Below are positions 19,651 to 29,459 of a DNA stretch of 64,000 nt, in pieces. Below the pieces are notes generated by a model. The model had not been told where the DNA came from. It made no database searches and saw nothing but the letters and a program-made list of their open reading frames with translations. Within the stretch, counting starts at the first letter, position 1; the number at the start of each line of letters is the position of its first letter. Origin of the DNA: a bacterium (GTDB lineage: Bacteria; Armatimonadota; UBA5829); the NCBI GenBank assembly GCA_021373255.1, contig JAJFTD010000100.1, positions 24,636 through 88,635 of the forward strand, given 5' to 3'. A program made the position numbers and the translations under genes.

Positions 19651-22005
19651 ATGAATTTCTGGCATGTAGTAAGAGTAGTACAGGCACGGAAGTGGATAAT
19701 AATTGGACTTGTAGCGGCTACGTTTCTCACAATCGTCATCGCTGCTCCAAAACCTCGTGTTGTCTACAATGCATCGGTATACATGTCTCCGACGGAACAG
19801 GTCATGCAGGGTGGAACAACCACCACTGCGGAAGCCGGCAATCAGTCCGCCGCTCCTAATCGCAACGTCATCCTGAGCAACTTGATCATTCTTGCACAGG
19901 GTGGTGAGGTTTACCAAAGAGCGATGGATTTCCTCGCTTTATCTGTCGATGAACAGCGACGGAAAGTTCGGGAGAACATGGGCACTGATCTCCCCAGCTA
20001 CCAGCAGATACCTCGTATAGAGGTAGAAGCTGGGAAGATGCTCACATACCAGGATTGGCAAGAAGTGCTCGAAGTGACTCCTGTGCAGAATCAGACAGTT
20101 GGGGAGACGGGCACAACTACCGATATTATTTGTATTACCGTAAAACTGACCAACGGCACGATTGCGCCATATGTGGCCAACGCAGTAGGTGAAGCGTTCT
20201 CTGAGCTGTATCAGGACAAGAGCCGCGAAGATATTCGAAAGTACTCCAAGTTCCTTCTTGCAAGTGAAAACGAAGCCAAGGACGACCTGAAAAAGGTACA
20301 GCAGCAGATTGCCGCATATCGCAGTGACCACAACATGACCGCTGCCACAGGCGAATCTGACGGCACATTATCGCTACTTACTGCTGCTATGGCTGCAAAG
20401 AGTGAAGCTGATGCTGCTGCCGGTGAGGCACAGGCAGCGCTTAATGATGTAAACGCACAGTTAGCCGCTCAGCCGCTTGTGCGCAGGCAAAAGTTACCTG
20501 CCGAGATGAACCCTGTTGTCAAAAAACTTCAGGAGCAGCTATTAGAGGCTGAGGCGGATTTGAAAGACTTGTCCCAACGCTACAAACCGGCTCATGAGAA
20601 ATACAAAGAAGCTGCGGCAAAGGTTGCATATCTGCAAGGTCAGATAACCAAGAATGGTGCGAATTATTCTCTTCCTGAGATCAACCAGATTCACCAGGAT
20701 CTGCTGAAGAAACACTCCGATGCACAGTATGCCCTTGCTACTACTGTGGCCAGACGGAGCGCTGCCGCCGCCAGTTTGGCGCAGGTTCAGCAGAAGATGA
20801 AGAACATCGCCCAGTCAGAACCGGCGCTTCAGGAACTGCTTACCGAATACTCCCAGGCCGAAGCGCGTTATAAGATGCTTTCGGACAAATACGCCCAGGC
20901 TGTTATAGCGGAAAAGGAGTTCACCCGAACGGGGTCTATACTTCCATTTGATTGGGCACGTGATGGGATTAAGCCGACAGTGGAAGGTCCATCGCGAAAG
21001 ACGCTTCTTGTCTACGGGTTAATATTGTCTCTGATCATTGGTGTAGTTGTGGCTGTGTGGCTTGATTCCATAGATCCCAGGCTGCATGGACCGGGCGATG
21101 TGGAGAAACTTCTCGAATTGCCCATTATCGGGGTCACGCCGCAGTTGCCCGGCAAGAACGGCATGCTGCCCAAGTTAACTCACATCTACCCGCTTTCAGC
21201 AATGGCGGAGTCGTATAAGATCCTTAGAACTAACTTACTATTTGAACTGCGTGATAAGCCGTTCAAAACATTAATGGTCGCCACCGGCCGCCCAGGCCAG
21301 GGCGCTACTACCACCATTTGTAACGTGGCTATCGCTCTTGCTCAGATAGGTAAAAAGATTATACTGATAGACGCCGACATGCGACGCCCCAGCCTGCATA
21401 AGTTCTTTGGCGTCGCTAATGAAGCTGGTCTGAGCACGCTGCTGCGTGGAGATGGCACGCTTACGGATGCCTTCCAGAAAACAGATGTCGAAAACCTGAT
21501 TGTGGTTCCTGCAGGCCCGCAACCGCTGAACCCGTCTGAGCTCCTGGGTTCCGACCGCATGCAGGATCTGGTAAAGCGACTTGAAGAACACTGTGATCTG
21601 GTACTATTTGACTCGCCGAGCACGGTTGTGTTCAGTGATGGGCCTATGCTCGCAAGTTGGGTAGACGCAGTATTAATGGTTGTCTCAGCTAACCAGGCAC
21701 CGAGCGGCACCGAAGTTAAAACACGTGAGCTACTCAAGAAAGCCAGGGCAAACGTGATCGGTGTTGTGGTTAACAAAATGCTGCTCGATGACGTCGACAG
21801 TTGCAGATACTACTCTCATTACTATGCCGATTCGGCTCCGCAGACTCCAGATGCTGCTCTTGAATCGGGCAACGAGCATAATGGTAATGGCTCAGGCAAA
21901 AAGATCGCTCCACCTAAAGCCAAGGCCATACCGGCGACCGCAGAGGCAACCAAGCCGGATGCCGATGCAGAGACTGCCGGTGACGACAATCCTTTCCCTG
22001 ATTGA
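19651..22005 (+). CDS. Polysaccharide co-polymerase (Wzz/GumC-like chain-length determinant) fused to a BY-kinase-like P-loop domain with C-terminal Tyr cluster; Walker A is degenerate
   Basis: Two TM helices flank a long coiled-coil periplasmic region. The ATPase domain has Walker A' IILIDADMRRP and Walker B LVLFDSPS, but Walker A reads GRPGQGATTT, with no Lys. The Tyr cluster is CRYYSHYYAD. Start at the ATG at 19651 (ggag Shine-Dalgarno); the ORF is open from 19612. Confidence 0.8.
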   Translation: MNFWHVVRVVQARKWIIIGLVAATFLTIVIAAPKPRVVYNASVYMSPTEQVMQGGTTTTAEAGNQSAAPNRNVILSNLIILAQGGEVYQRAMDFLALSVDEQRRKVRENMGTDLPSYQQIPRIEVEAGKMLTYQDWQEVLEVTPVQNQTVGETGTTTDIICITVKLTNGTIAPYVANAVGEAFSELYQDKSREDIRKYSKFLLASENEAKDDLKKVQQQIAAYRSDHNMTAATGESDGTLSLLTAAMAAKSEADAAAGEAQAALNDVNAQLAAQPLVRRQKLPAEMNPVVKKLQEQLLEAEADLKDLSQRYKPAHEKYKEAAAKVAYLQGQITKNGANYSLPEINQIHQDLLKKHSDAQYALATTVARRSAAAASLAQVQQKMKNIAQSEPALQELLTEYSQAEARYKMLSDKYAQAVIAEKEFTRTGSILPFDWARDGIKPTVEGPSRKTLLVYGLILSLIIGVVVAVWLDSIDPRLHGPGDVEKLLELPIIGVTPQLPGKNGMLPKLTHIYPLSAMAESYKILRTNLLFELRDKPFKTLMVATGRPGQGATTTICNVAIALAQIGKKIILIDADMRRPSLHKFFGVANEAGLSTLLRGDGTLTDAFQKTDVENLIVVPAGPQPLNPSELLGSDRMQDLVKRLEEHCDLVLFDSPSTVVFSDGPMLASWVDAVLMVVSANQAPSGTEVKTRELLKKARANVIGVVVNKMLLDDVDSCRYYSHYYADSAPQTPDAALESGNEHNGNGSGKKIAPPKAKAIPATAEATKPDADAETAGDDNPFPD

Positions 22006-22865
22006 TTGGCATAGCAATGAAGCAACTAACAGTTGATGAACCTATACTGCATCGGGTAGAAGACGAATGGCCGGAGGAGCGCGAACCGGGGGCGTTAGCA
22101 ACACTGTGGCAGCATCGTGAGCTTGTATACAGCCTTGTTCTACGCGACATAAGATCTCGCTACAAGCAATCAGCATTGGGAATTGCATGGGCGTTAGTTC
22201 AGCCGCTTGCTATGACCGCTGTGTTCACTGTGGTAATGGCGGCTATAATTAAAGTGCCGACAGGTAACGTTCCATACCCAATGTTTGCCTATGTCGCCAT
22301 GCTTCCCTGGACATTCTTTGCCACCGCTCTCACCAGCGGAACTGAATGCCTGGTAAGTAACTTCAACTTAATTACAAAAGTATATTTCCCCCGAGAGACA
22401 TTCCCGATCGCAGCCGTGCTTGGAAAGACTGTCGATTTGGGGCTGGGCGTGCTCGTCTTGATACCGTTCTTTTGGATATATCACATCCACGTTACATGGA
22501 TGGCGCTGTATATAGTTCCAATTCTCCTGATCCAGATATCGTTTCTTCTGGGCCTTACGTTCATATTCTCTGCAGTTAACCTGTTCTACAGGGATATAAG
22601 GCACGTAATGCCGCTGCTCATGCAAGTATGGATGTATTTAACGCCGGTCATCTACGGCCTCGACCTTGTGCCTAAACGATACTACAGCATATATATGCTA
22701 AATCCAATGACGCCCATTATCGATGGTTGCCGTAAAACCATACTTCAGGGACAAGCGCCGTTATGGAATTACTTAAGCTATGCAGCAATTGTATCCATTG
22801 TGACGCTGGTTGCAGGTTACTGGCTCTTTAAGAAACTGGAGCCGAAGTTTGCGGAGACTATATAA
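22002..22865 (+). CDS. ABC-2 type polysaccharide exporter permease (Wzm/TagG/KpsM-like)
   Basis: 287 aa with 6 TM helices. ...LRDIRSRYKQSALGIAWALVQPL... is the ABC-2 signature. TTG start overlaps the upstream stop; an alternative ATG is at 22017. Confidence 0.8.
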   Translation: MIGIAMKQLTVDEPILHRVEDEWPEEREPGALATLWQHRELVYSLVLRDIRSRYKQSALGIAWALVQPLAMTAVFTVVMAAIIKVPTGNVPYPMFAYVAMLPWTFFATALTSGTECLVSNFNLITKVYFPRETFPIAAVLGKTVDLGLGVLVLIPFFWIYHIHVTWMALYIVPILLIQISFLLGLTFIFSAVNLFYRDIRHVMPLLMQVWMYLTPVIYGLDLVPKRYYSIYMLNPMTPIIDGCRKTILQGQAPLWNYLSYAAIVSIVTLVAGYWLFKKLEPKFAETI

Positions 22866-22873
22866 ATAGAAAG

Positions 22874-22951
22874 GTGCCGGGTGACAGGTGACAGGTGACA
22901 GATGCCGGTCGAAGAATCAACGTATGTTGATTCGGCATCCTGATGCCGAAT
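22874..22951. promoter_or_regulatory. Intergenic heptad repeats (gtgccgg-gtgacag x3-atgccgg) followed by two overlapping perfect hairpins
   Basis: Five tandem 7-mers lie at 22874-22908. Hairpin gaatcaac-gtat-gttgattc (22914-22933) overlaps the 10-bp hairpin attcggcatc-ctg-gatgccgaat (22929-22951). Confidence 0.3.
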
Positions 22952-23036
22952 CCGCCGGACCCACAATGTATATGATGTTGATAACACTATGTCTGTGATA
23001 AATAGCTGTAAACAATACATGAATGTCACTTAGCCT

Positions 23037-24233
23037 ATGAAAGTCATCTCTGCAGAAAATGTATCAAAGAGATTTGTGCTCTCTCACGCGCGGTCGCGAA
23101 ACCTCGCCGATGCCGCGCGCGGTTTTTTGCGTCGTACTCCGCGTGATGACTTTTGGGCGCTCAAGGATGTGTGTTTTGATGTGGAGCAGGGCGAGGCGCT
23201 GGGGATCATCGGCCACAATGGCGCAGGCAAGAGCACTATGCTCAAGCTCCTCACTAAGATAATGAAGCCGACACAAGGCAGAATACGCACCAGGGGCAGG
23301 ATATCGGCGCTGATCGAAGTGGGAGCTGGTTTTCACCCCGAAATGACCGGACGTGAAAACATCTATCTAAACGGCTCAATCCTGGGCATGACCCGGCGCG
23401 AGATAGATAGTAAATTTGATGAGATAGTGTCATTCGCAGAGCTGGAAAGATTCATCGATACCCCGGTGAAGCGATATTCCAGCGGTATGTATGCCCGCCT
23501 GGGTTTCTCTGTGGCTGCGCATGTAAAGCCAGATATTCTGGTTGTAGATGAAGTTCTTTCTGTTGGAGATGCACTGTTCCAGAATCGGTGCGCTGTCAGA
23601 ATGCGTCAGATAAAGGAAAATGGCGCAACTATTGTTTTTGTGTCTCACAATCTCAATGCGGTAACTGACATATGTGATCGTGCAATCGGTCTTTCTCATG
23701 GTGAAGTGTTCGTGGATGATATTCCTTCTAAAGCCATCGGTAAGTATCGTGAGCTTATATCAAATGAAACGCCGATCCCTCCTGGACTTACCTGTTCTGA
23801 ACTGGGAGCGGATGATTCGCCGTTTATCATTACTAGTGTAGAGTCTTCGTCTCCAAGTAGGGAAGAGTGGAGCGCCTATATGGATGAAGATTGGACTATA
23901 CGCATTAACTATGCTGCTAAAGAGGTAATACACGAGCCCGAGATTATTGTATCTATAAAAAATAGTGATGGGCTGAGCGTTTTCCAACCGTGCAACATAG
24001 ATTATGGCGCTGCACGAGATGTGTCTGGTAGTGGAACCATCGAGTTCAGAGCAGAGAAGTTGAGCCTGCTTCCCGGGCGATACTCAGTGGAAGTTCTTGC
24101 CTGGCCCTATGACTGCGGCCGTCACTGGTATGACCTGCTTGTGCGCCCATCACGAAGTAATATAGTCGGACCGGGTATTCGCTATGGAGTTGCGAAGATA
24201 CAAGGGCAGTGGGTGTGGCTGGACAATACATAG
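23037..24233 (+). CDS. ABC transporter ATP-binding protein Wzt/TagH-like with C-terminal carbohydrate-binding (Wzt_C-like) domain
   Basis: Walker A is GHNGAGKST, the signature motif is [11 protein letters not shown], and Walker B is ILVVDE. An approximately 150-aa beta-rich C-terminal extension is typical of Wzt C-terminal domains that recognise a capped glycan terminus. Confidence 0.8.
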   Translation: MKVISAENVSKRFVLSHARSRNLADAARGFLRRTPRDDFWALKDVCFDVEQGEALGIIGHNGAGKSTMLKLLTKIMKPTQGRIRTRGRISALIEVGAGFHPEMTGRENIYLNGSILGMTRREIDSKFDEIVSFAELERFIDTPVKRYSSGMYARLGFSVAAHVKPDILVVDEVLSVGDALFQNRCAVRMRQIKENGATIVFVSHNLNAVTDICDRAIGLSHGEVFVDDIPSKAIGKYRELISNETPIPPGLTCSELGADDSPFIITSVESSSPSREEWSAYMDEDWTIRINYAAKEVIHEPEIIVSIKNSDGLSVFQPCNIDYGAARDVSGSGTIEFRAEKLSLLPGRYSVEVLAWPYDCGRHWYDLLVRPSRSNIVGPGIRYGVAKIQGQWVWLDNT

Positions 24234-24262
24234 TTGCGAAAAGACGGCATTAAGAGGCTGAG

Positions 24263-25201
24263 ATGTTAATTGTCGTTTCTGGCAGAGTAAGCATTATTAT
24301 ACCGGCATATAACAGCTCAGCGTATCTATGCGAGGCCATTGATAGCGCCTTGGGGCAGACACACAGTGACGTCGAAGTCGTTGTGGTAAATGATGGCTCA
24401 ACAGACGATACCGACTCCATTATAGAGAGCCGGTATATGGACCGCATAACTTATATCCAACAGCCCAACGCAGGTCTCAGCGCCGCCAGAAACGCGGGCA
24501 TACTTGCCTCCACTGGTGAGTTCATTTCCTTTCTCGATGCTGATGATAGAATACTCCCCGAGATGGCCGAGAATCTGTCAAATAAGCTGGCTGACCACCA
24601 GGAATGCGGACTGGCATACGGTGGATGGTATCAAATCAATCAGACCGGCGAGCGGTATGGGGAATCAGATCTAGATAATGCGCCATCAGGCAGGGTCTTT
24701 CATGAGTTATTCAAGCGAGGACTGTTTGAAGTTGGCACGCTAATGCTGAGGCGAAGCATCTTGGCTAAGAGCGGCTTATTCGACCCCGCGCTCCCACAGC
24801 TTGAGGACAGAGACATGTGGATGCGGGTTGCATTTTATGCCGATTTTATAAGTGTGCCGGTCCATGTAGCTGAAATCAGAAGCGTCACAAACAGCATGTC
24901 CAGGAATTGGGCACAGAGAAAAGTGGCAAATGACCTGCTTGTCCGTAAGATGCACACGTTCCTGAGGTCGAAAGGCCAACCGCTGTCGCTGCTCACTCAT
25001 CTGCGCCGCAACTTGAACCGGCATTACCCCGCACAGTGCGTTCAAGATGCGTTCAAAAGTTATTGGGCTGCGGACTACTCTACGGCGTGGCGCAAGATGC
25101 TGAGGGGTGTTATAGCTTCACCCGGATATTTACGTAATCGAGGGGTATGGGCGGTATTGGTGAAGTCGGTTATGCGAGGCGGGATGAATAATGGCTCCTG
25201 A
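24263..25201 (+). CDS. Family 2 glycosyltransferase
   Basis: IIIPAYNSSAYLCEAIDSALGQTHSDVEVVVVNDGSTDDT with a DAD (DxD) motif, in a GT-A fold. Confidence 0.8.
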   Translation: MLIVVSGRVSIIIPAYNSSAYLCEAIDSALGQTHSDVEVVVVNDGSTDDTDSIIESRYMDRITYIQQPNAGLSAARNAGILASTGEFISFLDADDRILPEMAENLSNKLADHQECGLAYGGWYQINQTGERYGESDLDNAPSGRVFHELFKRGLFEVGTLMLRRSILAKSGLFDPALPQLEDRDMWMRVAFYADFISVPVHVAEIRSVTNSMSRNWAQRKVANDLLVRKMHTFLRSKGQPLSLLTHLRRNLNRHYPAQCVQDAFKSYWAADYSTAWRKMLRGVIASPGYLRNRGVWAVLVKSVMRGGMNNGS

Positions 25202-26522
25202 CACACTCGGCAAATCAAAATCTCTGCGCATAGTCCATGTTGTTCCCAACTTCATACCCGAAGGGCATGGTGGACTGGAGCGGCATGTTTCTTCCATTTC
25301 ACGAGAAATGTCCGCGCGGCACGACGTGTACGTAATCGCGTTCACAAACAATCTTGAGCTTATCGAGCACAACACCACCAGGCAAGGTGATGTAAAGGTC
25401 ATTTGGCTCCAGAAACGGCAGAATATAGGTGATATGATGCCACCCGAGTGTCCGGAACTCGACGCTCGGCTCCGTGAAGCGATCACATCCATCGCTCCCG
25501 ATGTAGTTCACATCCATTATCTCGCCGGGTTGAGCACGGGTATTGTGGGTGTCGCCAAAGATGTTGCCCGTGCAGTACTAATCACCTTGCACGACTATGC
25601 CAGCCTGTGCCCCGGCGACACTATCGACTGTGCAGGAAAGCTCTGTTTCTCTCCGGGAACTAGGTGCCTGAGTTGCCTCCATCCGTCACAATTTTCGCGA
25701 AAACGGCTCATGGGCTATTGGCGTATAACGAACCCTGCTATGATCCTTTTCTCTCGCGTTTTTGGCAACTGGCCGATGGCAAAGGTTATCGCTGATTTGT
25801 CTACGCGAAAAACAGTGCACTTCAAGGCGCTGGAGCAGGCGAATGTTATTATTGCGCCGTCTCACGCCATTGCTGATGTGTTCATTGGTGCAGGACTTGC
25901 TGCGGAACGAGTGAAGGTTATAACGCACGGGACCGATAAAGTTTTAGGGGTTCCTCACGATAGGCCGCTTCACAACCCTCTGAGGTTTGGCTTCATTGGA
26001 AGCAACAGGCTCAAAGGCTTTGAACTATTGCATCGCGCATACGGAAAGATAGCTGATAATCGAACAGAGCTTCACGTGTTTGGCAATCAGTATTACCCAG
26101 CGAGTAGTCGCACAAATAGCTGGATAAAGAAAGTTGGATCGGTTGATCATGGGCGGTTTGACCCGGATGATATCAATCAGGTATACGAGCGGTTTGATAT
26201 GCTGGTTGCACCGTCTATCTGGATAGAACCATTTGGATTAGTGGCGCTCGAAGCTCTAGCGCGTGGTGTTCCGGTGATCGCTACTAATCGAGGTGGTTTT
26301 ACAGAATGCGTTAAGGATGGAGTGAATGGATTGCTATTCGAGCTTGGCGATGTTGAAGAGTTATCACGTGCGTTGCGGCGCTGTGTAGAAGAGCCTGGGT
26401 TAGTGGAACGACTGAAATGCGGTATCGGAACAGTCAAGTCTACAGCAGAGCAGGCCCTGGAGTTAGAAGAACTGTACACACTGTGCCTGGCAATTGATGG
26501 AGATAAAACTTGCAGAGAATAA
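25191..26522 (+). CDS. Family 4 (GT-B) glycosyltransferase
   Basis: C-terminal EPFGLVALEALARGVPVIATNRGGFTECV is the GT4 signature (E-x7-E). Confidence 0.8.
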   Translation: MAPDTLGKSKSLRIVHVVPNFIPEGHGGLERHVSSISREMSARHDVYVIAFTNNLELIEHNTTRQGDVKVIWLQKRQNIGDMMPPECPELDARLREAITSIAPDVVHIHYLAGLSTGIVGVAKDVARAVLITLHDYASLCPGDTIDCAGKLCFSPGTRCLSCLHPSQFSRKRLMGYWRITNPAMILFSRVFGNWPMAKVIADLSTRKTVHFKALEQANVIIAPSHAIADVFIGAGLAAERVKVITHGTDKVLGVPHDRPLHNPLRFGFIGSNRLKGFELLHRAYGKIADNRTELHVFGNQYYPASSRTNSWIKKVGSVDHGRFDPDDINQVYERFDMLVAPSIWIEPFGLVALEALARGVPVIATNRGGFTECVKDGVNGLLFELGDVEELSRALRRCVEEPGLVERLKCGIGTVKSTAEQALELEELYTLCLAIDGDKTCRE

Positions 26523-27274
26523 GCGTAGTCATACACGTCTGCGATGAGGAGCAGTATATAGATGAGTGCTTGAATTCCATTGCCTGGGCAGATGAGATTG
26601 TGATCATCGATATGGGTAGCACGGATTCTACGGTTGCCATGTGTCATGACCGTGGTGCACAAATCTTTACACATCCCCGCGTTCCGGTGGTGGAGTTGGC
26701 GCGTAATTTCGGCATTTCAAAGGCGACTGGTGACTGGATATTGGTGCTCGATCCCGATGAACGAGTGGCTGATATGTCTGGCAAGGAGCTTAGCGAGATC
26801 GCTAATGATCCGGCATCGTGTGATGGTTATTATGTCTCGCGTGTAAACTGGATATTCGGCAAGCGTATAAATCACTCGGGGTGGGGCGATGATCGGCTGT
26901 TGCGGTTCTTCCGGAATAGAAAATGCACATGGCCGAGCAGTGTCCATTCGGTGCCGGTAGTAAACGGTACGGTGGGTACCATAGAGCCCAAGCATTGCTA
27001 TCTGATACACGACAACTATCGCACACTTGAGCAGTTTGTAGAGAAGATGAACAGGTACACATCGCAGGAAGCGCAGCGTTTGTATGATGCCGGGCGGCCT
27101 TTCCACTGGCTGAAACTGTTCTACCAGCCGATGAAAGAGTTCAACAGCCGATACATCAAACATAAAGGCTACCGGGATGGTTTCATTGGCTTCGTGCTTG
27201 CTGTACTGATGGCATTCTACATTCAGCTATCTTATCTGAAGCTCTGGGAAAAGTACGATAATAAGGACAAGTAA
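26510..27274 (+). CDS. Family 2 glycosyltransferase
   Basis: ISVVIHVCDEEQYIDECLNSIAWADEIVIIDMGSTDST and a DPDE motif. Confidence 0.75.
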   Translation: MQRISVVIHVCDEEQYIDECLNSIAWADEIVIIDMGSTDSTVAMCHDRGAQIFTHPRVPVVELARNFGISKATGDWILVLDPDERVADMSGKELSEIANDPASCDGYYVSRVNWIFGKRINHSGWGDDRLLRFFRNRKCTWPSSVHSVPVVNGTVGTIEPKHCYLIHDNYRTLEQFVEKMNRYTSQEAQRLYDAGRPFHWLKLFYQPMKEFNSRYIKHKGYRDGFIGFVLAVLMAFYIQLSYLKLWEKYDNKDK

Positions 27275-28207
27275 ATGTGTGCTATACGGTGCAATGTCGA
27301 CATCCTAATACCATCGTTCAATGGCCGCAAACTACTGGGTTCTGTACTAACACATCTTCCCGATATCATTGGGTCTGAGCATAGGATTACAGTAGTAGAC
27401 GACGCCAGCACCGACGATAGCGTCGATTTTGTCAGCAGTAAATACCCTGAGGTCCAACTGATTACTCGCAAGATAAACGGCGGTTTTGCTGCGGCAGTCA
27501 ATGAAGGTATCAGGGCTACGCAGGGAGAATACATCCTGCTGCTGAATAGCGATGTAGAACTTACAGCCGAAATCTTAGACAATATTATCCCAGTTTTCTC
27601 CGACCCTAATGTGTTTGCTGTAAGCCCGAAAATTACTATCCCACAACGTGGCGGTATAGATGAGGGGTGTAAGACCGGATTCTGGCACCATGGCATGTTC
27701 TACGCTGACCAAAGACAAGGTGTGACATCCCAGACTCCCATACTATATGCTACAGGTTGTGCGGCTGTGTATCGTCGTTCAATGCTCGAAGCGTTGGGAG
27801 GGTTCGATGAGGCGTATTCTCCATTCTACTGGGAAGATGCTGATCTCGGCTACAGGGCATGGAAGCGGGGATGGAAAACGATCTACCAGCCCGAAAGTGT
27901 CGCCATCCATCAGCACTCATCAACGATATCCACCCTGGACAGGCGATTCACCGACAAGATAAAATCACGTAACGCGCTGTTATTCATCTGGCGCAATATA
28001 GAAGACCGCGATATACTTGCCGTCCATCAGAAGTGGCTGCCCCTGGTCATTGCGAAGAAAGCGATGCAACGAGATATGAGCTTTGTTGCGGGTTACAAAG
28101 AAGCTCGAAAAATGTGTATCGAAGCATTGGCTGCGCGAGATAATGACTCGCAGCAGCGGACGATGACCGATCGCGAGATATTTGAGATATGTGAGATTGC
28201 CTGCTAA
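27275..28207 (+). CDS. Family 2 glycosyltransferase
   Basis: DILIPSFNGRKLL...VVDDASTDDS and an NSDV (DxD-like) motif. Confidence 0.8.
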   Translation: MCAIRCNVDILIPSFNGRKLLGSVLTHLPDIIGSEHRITVVDDASTDDSVDFVSSKYPEVQLITRKINGGFAAAVNEGIRATQGEYILLLNSDVELTAEILDNIIPVFSDPNVFAVSPKITIPQRGGIDEGCKTGFWHHGMFYADQRQGVTSQTPILYATGCAAVYRRSMLEALGGFDEAYSPFYWEDADLGYRAWKRGWKTIYQPESVAIHQHSSTISTLDRRFTDKIKSRNALLFIWRNIEDRDILAVHQKWLPLVIAKKAMQRDMSFVAGYKEARKMCIEALAARDNDSQQRTMTDREIFEICEIAC

Positions 28208-29413
28208 ATGGATATTTTATTCATCTCTACGTGGTTTCCATATCCGCCTGACAACGGCTCTCGCATACGCATATACAACCTGTTACGCGCGTTGTCGCGT
28301 GAGCACACTGTTCACTTGATTTCACTTCTGCAAGACGACTCCAACCCAAACAACGCTCAGCCCCTGCACGATATATGCCGGGTAGTCTCCGTGCACAAGT
28401 CTCGCTGGTTCAAACCCGGAACATTTAAGTCGTTCGCAGGCCTGTTTTCCAGCCGACCCAGATCGGTTGTTGACACGTACCTGCCGGAAGTAGCATCAGC
28501 AGTAAAAAGAGCCATAGAGGACATTCGTCCAGATGTCATAATTGCTTCACAAATTGGCGCGGCTGAGTACGTACCTTCGGGAACCGGCATCCCTGTCATC
28601 ATCGAAGAGATCGAGCTAAGTAACATGTGGCGTCGTATGGAGACTCTTAATGGACTTCGCCACCTGAGAACTTCACTTACATTGGGCAAGCATATAAGTT
28701 ACATACGCAGGCTTCTACAAAGGTGCACTGTGTATACATGTGTATCAGAAAACGAGCAAAATCTTATACAGTTAAATTGTTCGCCACAAGCACGCGGCTT
28801 TGTAATACCCAACGGAGTCGACGTAAAGCACTACCACCAGGCAGACCGTCAGCCGGACGAAGCCACATTGATCTACAATGGCGCAATCACATACAGCGCT
28901 AATCTTGATGCAGTGAATTACTTTGCCCATGACATATATCCGATACTTTCTATGGCTGTTCCTAATATCAAGTTAAGAGTCACCGGTAGGACCGATGGAG
29001 TGGATACAAGCGGCCTCTCGAAGTGCCCCGGCATTGATTTAGTAGGCTATATTGACGACATTCGCGATATTCTCCGAACTAGTGCGGTGTGCGTAGTGCC
29101 GCTGCGTGAGGGTGGTGGCAGTAGACTAAAAATCCTTGAAGCGATGGCTGCAGGGGTGCCGGTTGTTTCCACTTCCATGGGTGCGGAAGGCATCAAAGCG
29201 GTTCACGGCACACATATTTTGATAGCCGATACTCCGGCAGAGTTTTCGGCGGCTGTGGAGAAGTTGCTTATTGATAGCGACCTCGCCCAAACCCTGACGA
29301 AAAACGCAATCAGACTTGTCACTGAGCAATACGATTGGCACGCTATAAGCGCTGAGTTTGAGCACATTATAGGATTAAATGTCAGTTCGGTGAAAACCAG
29401 TGGTTGTAACTAG
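28208..29413 (+). CDS. Family 4 (GT-B) glycosyltransferase
   Basis: C-terminal GGGSRLKILEAMAAGVPVVSTSMGAEG motif. Confidence 0.8.
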   Translation: MDILFISTWFPYPPDNGSRIRIYNLLRALSREHTVHLISLLQDDSNPNNAQPLHDICRVVSVHKSRWFKPGTFKSFAGLFSSRPRSVVDTYLPEVASAVKRAIEDIRPDVIIASQIGAAEYVPSGTGIPVIIEEIELSNMWRRMETLNGLRHLRTSLTLGKHISYIRRLLQRCTVYTCVSENEQNLIQLNCSPQARGFVIPNGVDVKHYHQADRQPDEATLIYNGAITYSANLDAVNYFAHDIYPILSMAVPNIKLRVTGRTDGVDTSGLSKCPGIDLVGYIDDIRDILRTSAVCVVPLREGGGSRLKILEAMAAGVPVVSTSMGAEGIKAVHGTHILIADTPAEFSAAVEKLLIDSDLAQTLTKNAIRLVTEQYDWHAISAEFEHIIGLNVSSVKTSGCN

Positions 29414-29442
29414 TCTAAACATATCTATACCTATGGTATAAT
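29413..29442 (+). promoter_or_regulatory. Putative internal promoter (ctaTGGTATAAT) 18 nt upstream of the Wzy/ligase-like gene; near-leaderless
   Basis: Identical 12-mer to the locus promoter at 19581. No Shine-Dalgarno lies between it and the ATG at 29460. Confidence 0.35.
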
Positions 29443-29459
29443 ACATCAGGTACTTCACG

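Noticed and set aside
22874-22908. Possible CRISPR or other repeat array (gtgacag x3)
   Set aside because: The units are only 7 nt with no spacers, which is far too short for CRISPR. It is treated as a possible regulatory repeat instead.
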